A stretch of DNA of 64,000 bases from an uncultured Rickettsiales bacterium (GTDB taxonomy: Bacteria; Myxococcota_A; UBA796; UBA9615), in the NCBI GenBank assembly GCA_964344575.1, contig CAYFOA010000011.1, positions 4,193 through 68,192 on the forward strand, given 5' to 3'. Within the stretch, counting starts at the first letter, position 1, and the number at the start of each line of letters is the position of its first letter. Position numbers and translations under genes: made by a program. This document shows positions 57,662-64,000 of this stretch, piece by piece. The notes beneath the pieces were generated by a model. It searched no databases and was not told where the DNA came from. It saw only the letters and a list, made by a program, of their open reading frames with translations.

Positions 57662-58142
57662 GGTCGCCCACCGCCGCGTCGATGAACAGGTTCCTCCGCC
57701 GGAACGCCACTGGGGCGGACACCAGGAGGTGCTCCCGGAGCCGCCGCAGTCGGGTGCCGAACCAGGGGTGAGGGAGCGGGGGCACGCGAGCCGCCCAGGC
57801 GGGCGGCGGGCAGCCGAGGCGGGCGGCCGTCATCTCGACCAGCGCCGCGACGTAGTTGCGCTCCCGGAGCGGCAGGAAGTCGACCTCGAGGCCGTCGACC
57901 GCGAGCGGGAAGTCGATCGCCGCGAGCCCCTGCAGCAGCTCGATGATCTCGGCCCAGGCCGCCTGCGACGAGCCCCCCGTGACGTGCCCCATCAGCGCCG
58001 CCAGCCGCCTCCGGGGCTCGGGGAGGGCGCGCGCGAGGATCCACTCGGACATCCCCATCCCCGCCCGCTCCGAAGCGGTCCGGATCGCCCGCTTCTCGGC
58101 CTCGGTGACCCTCAGTTGGAGTTGGTGCGTACGCGTCGCCAT
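57654..58142 (-). CDS. Ribbon-helix-helix DNA-binding protein with C-terminal extension (possible HEPN-like Rx4H)
   Basis: N-terminus MATRTHQLQLRVTEAEKRAIRTASERAGMGMSEWILARAL has an RHH/CopG-like pattern. The C-terminus contains RRLREH. Confidence 0.6.
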   Translation of the reverse strand: MATRTHQLQLRVTEAEKRAIRTASERAGMGMSEWILARALPEPRRRLAALMGHVTGGSSQAAWAEIIELLQGLAAIDFPLAVDGLEVDFLPLRERNYVAALVEMTAARLGCPPPAWAARVPPLPHPWFGTRLRRLREHLLVSAPVAFRRRNLFIDAAVGDRA

Positions 58143-58214
58143 ACCTCTGCCTCCGAAGACGATGGGTCGGGGTCCACACTATGTCAAGACGGTGTATTGA
58201 CACAGTGCTTCAAA

Positions 58215-58270
58215 TACATCGATTGTACGAATCGACTTGATCGACATAAATCGAGTCAATAAGGTCGATT
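58215..58270. promoter_or_regulatory. AT-rich divergent promoter region with TCGATT-GTACG-AATCGA palindrome and about five AATCGA-like half sites
   Basis: catcgattgtacgaatcgacttgatcgacataaatcgagtcaataaggtcgattc lies between the RHH/NTase module (minus) and the HTH-citrate-synthase gene (plus). Confidence 0.5.
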
Positions 58271-58271
58271 C

Positions 58272-59477
58272 ATGTCTGAGATCATCCCTGCCAAGGAGGC
58301 GGCCGCGATCCTCGGGATCAAGGTCCAGTCGCTGTACACCTACGTCTCGCGGGGGGTGCTCCAGTCCGTGCCCGGGGCGGGGCGGTCGAAGGGGTATCGG
58401 CGGGCCGACGTCGAGCGGCTGAAGACGAAGACCGAGACCTCCACCGCGCTCCGCTGGGGGGAGCCGGTGCTGTCGACCGAGCTGACGTCGATCGCGCCCG
58501 ACACCGGGCTGCGGTACCGGGGGCACGCCATCGAGGCGCTCGCGGACGAGTCGTTCGAGTCCGTCGCCGAGCTGCTCTTCACCGGGGAGCTGCCCGAGAT
58601 CCGGCCCACGTGGGTCACGCGGGGGCTCGGGATCGTGCCCGTCGACTTCGCCTCGGCGGTCCCCACCGGGACGCCGCCGCTGACCAGCCTCATGGTCGCC
58701 GTGCCCGCGCTGGCGTCGCGCGACGACGAGCGGTTCGGGGCCGCCGAGGCCGCCGAGCTGCACCGGGGACGCCGGTTGATCCGGCGCATGGCGGCGCTGC
58801 TCGCCCTCGGGCTGGACGTCTCCCGGTGCGGGCCCGCCCTCGCCCAGGGGTCCGTCGCCGGCACCGTCGCCCGCGCCCTCGGCCGCGGCAGCACCACCGA
58901 GGTCGTCAGCGCCGTCGACCTCGCCCTCGTCCTGTGCGCCGACCACGGCCTCAACGCGTCGACCTTCGCCGCCCGCGTCGCCGCGTCCGCCGGCGCCGAC
59001 CTGTACGCGTCCACGTCCGCGGCCATGGCGGCGCTCTCCGGCTGGAAGCACGGCGGCGCTTGCGACCGCGTCGAGGCGCTCCTGGACGAGGCCGGGACCG
59101 CCGCCCGGGCCGGCGACGTCGTCCGCGGACGGGCCGCCCGCGGCGAGTCCGTCCCCGGCTTCGGCCACCCGCTCTACCCCGACGGCGACCCCCGCGGCGC
59201 CATGCTGCTGGAGGCCGCGCGCCAGGTGTGGGGGGACAGCGACCGCCTCGCCACGTTGAACGCCGTCGTCGCCGCCATGGACCGCCTCGGCCACGCCCCC
59301 CCGAACCTCGACGTCGGCCTCGTCGCGCTCGCGTCGGCGCTCGGCCTCCCCCGCGGGTCCGCCAAGGCGATCTTCGCCGTCGGCCGCACCGCGGGCTGGA
59401 TCGCCCACGCCCTGGAGCAGCGCCGCCAGGGCTTCCTGCTCCGCCCCCGCGCCCGCTACGTCGGCCCCGAGGCCTAG
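58272..59477 (+). CDS. HTH (excisionase/MerR-like) domain fused to citrate-synthase-family domain
   Basis: N-terminal AAILGIKVQSLYTYVSRG is an HTH. Citrate synthase motifs are LSGWKHGGA, GFGHPLY, PNLDVGL and VGRTAGWIAHALEQ. Confidence 0.85.
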   Translation: MSEIIPAKEAAAILGIKVQSLYTYVSRGVLQSVPGAGRSKGYRRADVERLKTKTETSTALRWGEPVLSTELTSIAPDTGLRYRGHAIEALADESFESVAELLFTGELPEIRPTWVTRGLGIVPVDFASAVPTGTPPLTSLMVAVPALASRDDERFGAAEAAELHRGRRLIRRMAALLALGLDVSRCGPALAQGSVAGTVARALGRGSTTEVVSAVDLALVLCADHGLNASTFAARVAASAGADLYASTSAAMAALSGWKHGGACDRVEALLDEAGTAARAGDVVRGRAARGESVPGFGHPLYPDGDPRGAMLLEAARQVWGDSDRLATLNAVVAAMDRLGHAPPNLDVGLVALASALGLPRGSAKAIFAVGRTAGWIAHALEQRRQGFLLRPRARYVGPEA

Positions 59478-61126
59478 TCCCGGTCCCCGTCCTCGTCGGC
59501 CGGTCGGACCGTCCAGGCCTCGGCGTCGTCCGGGGCGGCCTCCAGCACGTACCCGGCGGGGTGCCGCGCCTCCCACGCGGGGAGGTCCGGCGCGCGCAGG
59601 AACACCAGCCGGTGGTCCGTCTTGAAGCCGAACGGGTAGATGGCCTCGCGGCTCCCCTCCGGAGGGATCAGCACGGCGACGTCCGCGGTCGGCGCGTCCC
59701 TCAGGGGGCCCGTGGTGAGGAGCTCGGGGACGTCGGGCGCGGGGAGGCCGAGCCGGGCCCACCGCACCAGGAGGTGGGCGCTGAGCATCCACGAGAGGGC
59801 GACCGCGGTCAGGAGCATCGACGTCCGCTTCGCCGTCCCCCGCGCGAAGTCCGCCGCGAACGCCACCACCACGAGCACGCACAGGGCCTGGAGGAAGTAC
59901 TTCCCCTCGAACGGCCAGCCGAGGTTCTCGATCTGCAGCGGCCACGGCAGCCGCCCCCCGCGGGGGAAGAGGATCCGGTCCGCGAGGTAGACGCACACCA
60001 GCGTCCCGACCAACCACGGCGCGATCGCGAGGCGGCGGGAGCGGGCGTCGCCGGCCCACGCGCACGCCAGCCCGAAGCCGACGAGCAGCCAGACCGGCTC
60101 CATCGGATCGAGGTAGCGGGGGTAGAGGTCCCAGCCCCGCTCCAGGTCCCGCTTCAGCCAGTAGCGGACCACGTGCAGCGTCGACATCGCCGCCAGCGCC
60201 AGCCCCCCCGCGGCGACGAACGCGACGGCCTGCCGGACGGGGTCCGAGATCCCCGCCCGGCGCGACACCAGCGCGGCGGGGACGAGGAGCGCGAGGCCCG
60301 CGCTGGACAGGGGGTAGTACAGGAGGTGCTGGCTGGCCGAGCGGTACAGGATCCCCCATCCCCGCGGCGACTCGATCGCCCGGGTGGCCGCGCTGAGGTG
60401 CCCGGTCGCGACCCCTTCGCCGTACGCCTGCACGGGGGCCTCCCGCAGCGCCGACACGATCAGCTCCGGGGCGAACCCCACGAAGGCGCCGGCGAGGGCG
60501 AACCCCACCCACCGGAGCTCGTCCCGCACGTCGCCCCCCGTGCGCCACGCCCACAGCGCCCGCCCCGCCAGCAGCGCGGCCCCTGCGGCGACGAACGCCA
60601 GCCCCGTCCGGCGCGTCGCCACCATCAGCCCGAGGACCAGCCCGAACCCCGCCGCGGAGCGCGCGTCGGGCCGCTTCGCGAACCGGTAGGCGAGCCCCAC
60701 GGAGACGAGCACGAGCGCCGTGAACAGCGCCTCAGTCCGCGTGTTTCGGGCGTGCAGGGTGACCCCCGCGAGGAGCTGGGCGGCGGCCAGCGCCGACCAC
60801 GCCCGCCGCTCCCCCGCGAGGTCCCGGAGCAGCGGCAGGAGCGCCAGCGAGGCGGCCGCCAGGAGGACGCCGTGGAGCGTGTAGATGGCGTTGAACCGGA
60901 GCGCGTTCGACTCGATCGCGAAGAACGGGCTGAGGACCATCGGGTAGACGGGCGGGTAGACCTTCCCCAGCCCCGTGTCGTAGCGGCCCTCCCGCCACAG
61001 GTTCTGGGCGAGGTCGAGGTAGACGTTGGAGTCGAGCTTCGGGTTGACGATCCCCGCGGGGCCGAGGAACTGGATCAGGAGGACGTGGACGACCACGGCC
61101 GCCACGAAGAGGCGCGGGCCGGTCAC
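59474..61126 (-). CDS. Polytopic membrane protein, GT-C-fold glycosyltransferase-like (ArnT/PMT family, tentative)
   Basis: 550 aa with at least 11 hydrophobic helices. The GTG start overlaps the upstream gene stop (GTGA). It is co-operonic with a GT2 gene. Confidence 0.7.
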   Translation of the reverse strand: MTGPRLFVAAVVVHVLLIQFLGPAGIVNPKLDSNVYLDLAQNLWREGRYDTGLGKVYPPVYPMVLSPFFAIESNALRFNAIYTLHGVLLAAASLALLPLLRDLAGERRAWSALAAAQLLAGVTLHARNTRTEALFTALVLVSVGLAYRFAKRPDARSAAGFGLVLGLMVATRRTGLAFVAAGAALLAGRALWAWRTGGDVRDELRWVGFALAGAFVGFAPELIVSALREAPVQAYGEGVATGHLSAATRAIESPRGWGILYRSASQHLLYYPLSSAGLALLVPAALVSRRAGISDPVRQAVAFVAAGGLALAAMSTLHVVRYWLKRDLERGWDLYPRYLDPMEPVWLLVGFGLACAWAGDARSRRLAIAPWLVGTLVCVYLADRILFPRGGRLPWPLQIENLGWPFEGKYFLQALCVLVVVAFAADFARGTAKRTSMLLTAVALSWMLSAHLLVRWARLGLPAPDVPELLTTGPLRDAPTADVAVLIPPEGSREAIYPFGFKTDHRLVFLRAPDLPAWEARHPAGYVLEAAPDDAEAWTVRPADEDGDRD

Positions 61127-62991
61127 GGAGTGCCGACCCTCTCGTTCTGCTGGGCCTGGAACTTGCGGTGCCGCCGCTCTCGGCCGCGGGCCTTGCGGTC
61201 GGTCATCGTGGGGTCCCACAGCGGGGTCCGGAGGTCGCACAGGTTCCGCTTCCGGTCGTAGTGCTGGAACCGGTCGCGGGGGTCGTGGGGGTACATCGAC
61301 CAGTCGACCTGGTCGCGCACGTCGTCCGCCGTGGGCTCGACGCCGGCGCCGAGGATCACCCACAGCTCGCCGTCGCCGCCCGCGCCGCGGAGCGTGTGCG
61401 GCCCCGCCTCCAGGGTGAGGACCTCCCGGTGCTCGACGGCCCGCCCGTCGACCGACGCCTCCCCCTCCCAGCCGCCGCGCAGCCAGACGGTGTACTCGCC
61501 GTCGACGAGCAGCTCGACCTGCTGCGAGCGCGCCTCGTCCCGCACGAGCATGCGGCCGCCGTGGAGGTAGAGGTTGTCGCGGTAGGGGAGGAAGTGGCGC
61601 CAGTGCCACCGCCGCTCGGTCTTGGTCAGGTACTTCGTGCGGCTCATGTAGTCCGCGATGAAGAAGCGCGGCCGCCGCTCCCGGGCCCGCTCCATGAAGG
61701 CGCGGTGGCGGTCGGTGGCGCGCTTCCGGAAGATGCGGCGCTGGGGGCCCGTCCCCAGGAACGCCATCTCCGGGTAGCCGGGGACGAGGCCGATCATGTC
61801 CCAGTAGGGGACGGGCTCGGGGAACGCCTCGCGGATGTCCTCCATCACCCGGATCTGGTGGCGGTTGTTCGTCGCCACGAGGGGGCCGGGGACCTCGCGC
61901 GAGGCGTAGATCGAGCCCCCCACGGCGGCGGCGACGAGGACGACGGCCACGGCTGGGGGGGCGCGGCGGGCGAGGGCGGCGCCGGTCGCGGCGAGCAACG
62001 CGCCGGCGGGGATCGCGAGGTACGGGATCATCGACGCGATGTAGTACGGCCGGAAGCCGCGGTGGACCTGGATCGTCGCCACGAGGACGAGGGCGGCCGT
62101 GAGTGACGCGGCGACGAGGGGGCGCCGGCGGGCGGTCACCAGGAGCCACGGCACGGCGAGCGCCGCGATCACCCACACCGCGGGGCCCGATTCGAAGACC
62201 ATGCTCAGGTTCTCGAGCTTGTCCTCCAGCGTGATGTCGGTCCCGAAGCCGGTCCGCTTCGCGACCTCGAACGTGTGGGTCACCGCCGCGCCGCCCCGGT
62301 CGGAGACGAGCGCGAGCAGCCCGAACCAGGCGGCCATCGCCGTCGCCGTCACGCCCGCCGCGACGGCGCCCTCCCGGAGCCGGGGGCGGAGGTCGCGCCA
62401 GCCCTGCGTGGCGAGGACGTAGACGGCCCACCCCGCCCCGATGGCGGCCGCGTTGTAGACGCTCTTCTGGCTCACGAGGCCCGCCGCGGCGACGAACCCG
62501 CCCGCGATCGCCGCGCGACGGAGCCCCGGATCCGGCCGCCACAGCTGCGCCATCGCGGCCAGCGTCAGCGCCACGACGAACGTGTCCGTCCGGACCTCGA
62601 ACGCGTACTTGAGCCAGCCCCCGCACGTCACCAGGAGGGCGATCGCCAGCGCCGCCGTCCACGCCCGCTCGCCGCCGTCGCGGCCGTCGTCGCGGGCGGA
62701 CAGGGACGCGACCCCGACGAGCGCGAGGATCGACGCCAGCGCCGCGACGACGCGGAACCCGCGGGCCACGAGGACGGGGTCGTCGAGCCAGAGCAGCGGC
62801 GCGAGGGCGAGCCAGAGGAGGCCGGGGCGGCCGGGGGCGTGGAAGTCCCCCTCGGCGAAGCGGGCGGCGTGGCGCCAGACGTTCGTCTCGTCGCAGTGGA
62901 AGGCCGCCACCTGGCCGATGTAGAGCAGCGCCGCGGCGCCCCCCAGGAGGGCGACGGCGAGCGCCCCCCGCGCCGGATCGAGGCGGCTCAC
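61123..62991 (-). CDS. Polytopic membrane protein with C-terminal soluble domain, GT-C-fold glycosyltransferase-like (tentative)
   Basis: ~622 aa from the GTG at 62989-62991. N-terminal ~380 aa are multi-TM. The C-terminal ~240 aa is a charged soluble domain. GTGA overlaps at both ends. Confidence 0.7.
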   Translation of the reverse strand: MSRLDPARGALAVALLGGAAALLYIGQVAAFHCDETNVWRHAARFAEGDFHAPGRPGLLWLALAPLLWLDDPVLVARGFRVVAALASILALVGVASLSARDDGRDGGERAWTAALAIALLVTCGGWLKYAFEVRTDTFVVALTLAAMAQLWRPDPGLRRAAIAGGFVAAAGLVSQKSVYNAAAIGAGWAVYVLATQGWRDLRPRLREGAVAAGVTATAMAAWFGLLALVSDRGGAAVTHTFEVAKRTGFGTDITLEDKLENLSMVFESGPAVWVIAALAVPWLLVTARRRPLVAASLTAALVLVATIQVHRGFRPYYIASMIPYLAIPAGALLAATGAALARRAPPAVAVVLVAAAVGGSIYASREVPGPLVATNNRHQIRVMEDIREAFPEPVPYWDMIGLVPGYPEMAFLGTGPQRRIFRKRATDRHRAFMERARERRPRFFIADYMSRTKYLTKTERRWHWRHFLPYRDNLYLHGGRMLVRDEARSQQVELLVDGEYTVWLRGGWEGEASVDGRAVEHREVLTLEAGPHTLRGAGGDGELWVILGAGVEPTADDVRDQVDWSMYPHDPRDRFQHYDRKRNLCDLRTPLWDPTMTDRKARGRERRHRKFQAQQNERVGTP

Positions 62992-63863
62992 CGGAGGAAC
63001 CGGAACCGGCCGCCGAGGTACTCCCGGAGGCGCTCGCGGCCGTAGTAGTCGCGGACCTCGGCGTCGGGGCAGCGGTCGGCGCGGCGGCGGGCCGAGCCGA
63101 GCCAGCCGCGGAGGAAGTGGACGCCGCCGGTGTGCGGCGCCCGGAGCGTGTAGGCGACGGACCGGCCCGCGACGATCGCGGGGTGGAGGCCGAGGAACCA
63201 GGCGTACTCGCCCTTCCGCGCGTAGCCCGCGGCGACGCCGTACCGGGTCCCCGTCTCGCGCGCGTGGGTGGCCTCGACGTCGGGCAGGAGCCGGGTCTCG
63301 AACCCCGCCTGGCGGGCCTTGACGTTGGCGGCGCCGTCGAACCCGGCGTAGGGGGGGAGGCCGCCGATCCGGTCGAGGCAGTCGACGCGGAACGTCTGCG
63401 TGCCGCCGCGGGGGAGGTCGGACCGCTGGAACGGCTCCAGGGGCTCGCCCGCGACGCGGATCACCGAGGAGACGACGCCGAGGCCGGGGTCGCCGGCGAG
63501 CGCGCCTACGAGGCGGGCGTAGTGGTCGGGGGGGAGGCGCAGGTCGGCGTCGACGATGCCCGCCGCGACGGGCTCGACGCCCCGCTCCCGGATCCGCCGC
63601 AGCGCCTCCGCGAGGCCCCACGACTTCAGCCGCCCGATGTGGTGCCCGAGGTACTCGTCGGAGCGGTCCGGCGAGCTCGCGACCTCCATCCAGTCGCGCG
63701 ACGCGGCCGCCTCGGCGGCCCACTCCGCGGTCCCGTCGGTGCTGTGATCGTCCACCAGCAGCCAGAGCGCCGGGGGGAGCTCCTGGGCGTCGAGGTCGGC
63801 CAGCAGCTCCGGCAGACGCTCGCGCTCGTCGCGGGCCGGGGTGGCGATCACGTAGGCGGACAC
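62988..63863 (-). CDS. Family 2 glycosyltransferase (polyprenyl-phosphate sugar transferase-like)
   Basis: VSAYVIATPARDE...LWLLVDDHSTDGT...GIVDADL has the DxD motif. A GTG start at 63861-63863 is preferred over the TTG at 63899. Confidence 0.8.
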   Translation of the reverse strand: MSAYVIATPARDERERLPELLADLDAQELPPALWLLVDDHSTDGTAEWAAEAAASRDWMEVASSPDRSDEYLGHHIGRLKSWGLAEALRRIRERGVEPVAAGIVDADLRLPPDHYARLVGALAGDPGLGVVSSVIRVAGEPLEPFQRSDLPRGGTQTFRVDCLDRIGGLPPYAGFDGAANVKARQAGFETRLLPDVEATHARETGTRYGVAAGYARKGEYAWFLGLHPAIVAGRSVAYTLRAPHTGGVHFLRGWLGSARRRADRCPDAEVRDYYGRERLREYLGGRFRFLR

Positions 63864-64000
63864 GCGGGGGGTGGTAGGCCCCTGCCCCGACGATGTCAAG
63901 GTATCCTCCGGCGCCTCCGTTGCCCTGGGATCCCCACCGCCGTCAGCGCGTCGTCACCGCGATCGCCGTCGCGGCAGGAGCCGCCGTCCTGGCGCCGGTC

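Overview
This is a very GC-rich (~70% by eye) bacterial chromosomal segment. Several lineage markers point to a myxobacterium (Myxococcota): MYXO-CTERM-like C-terminal sorting signals, MopE-like Cys-rich 'putative metal-binding' repeats, a DUF1592/DUF1552 gene pair, many lipoproteins with poly-Asp linkers, Hanks-type kinase/PP2C signalling genes, and STAND/SARP-like regulators. The high GC generates long spurious ORFs in all six frames. I chose genes by protein-like composition and motifs, signal peptides or lipoboxes, start/stop overlaps (ATGA, GTGA, TTGA) and consistency with neighbours.

Main content, in order along the window:
- A partial ETF-ubiquinone oxidoreductase gene, followed by ettA (ABC-F).
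- A block of secreted and lipoprotein genes, including a GxSxG hydrolase fused to FG-GAP repeats and an M23 peptidase.
- A STAND NTPase-TPR-wHTH regulator.
- A Ser/Thr kinase operon carrying an in-frame (GTTCTC)n microsatellite.
- Poly-Asp lipoproteins and a GNAT acetyltransferase.
- A MopE-like repeat lipoprotein and GT-C-like membrane proteins.
- A LarE-like / CPBP-protease / secreted-protein operon.
- A SARP/NB-ARC/TPR regulator with an apparent frameshift in a GGC tract.
- A lipase, a Coq4-like protein with a poly-Thr tract, and a TetR regulator.
- A DUF1592/DUF1552 pair with an unusual Cys-repeat extension.
- Genes for an SDR oxidoreductase, a SerA-like dehydrogenase, an aminotransferase and an FAD monooxygenase.
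- A five-gene RND efflux operon (MFP, membrane PP2C phosphatase, two RND permeases, TolC-like OMF).
- A lower-GC accessory island (~53.1-58.3 kb) with an acidic poly-Asp protein, a small unknown ORF with a strong Shine-Dalgarno site, a Uma2 endonuclease, a ParD-like/zeta-toxin pair and an RHH/nucleotidyltransferase pair.
- An HTH-citrate-synthase fusion gene.
- A GT2 plus two GT-C glycosyltransferase operon.

I recognised no rRNA, tRNA or CRISPR array.

The best candidates for something new are:
- the RND operon with an embedded PP2C phosphatase (41581-53129);
- the lower-GC island, especially the acidic protein and the 128-aa unknown ORF (53646-55033);
- the DUF1592/DUF1552 pair with a novel triple Cys-rich repeat (33255-37114).

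All functional calls rest on motifs read by eye. No database searches were run.
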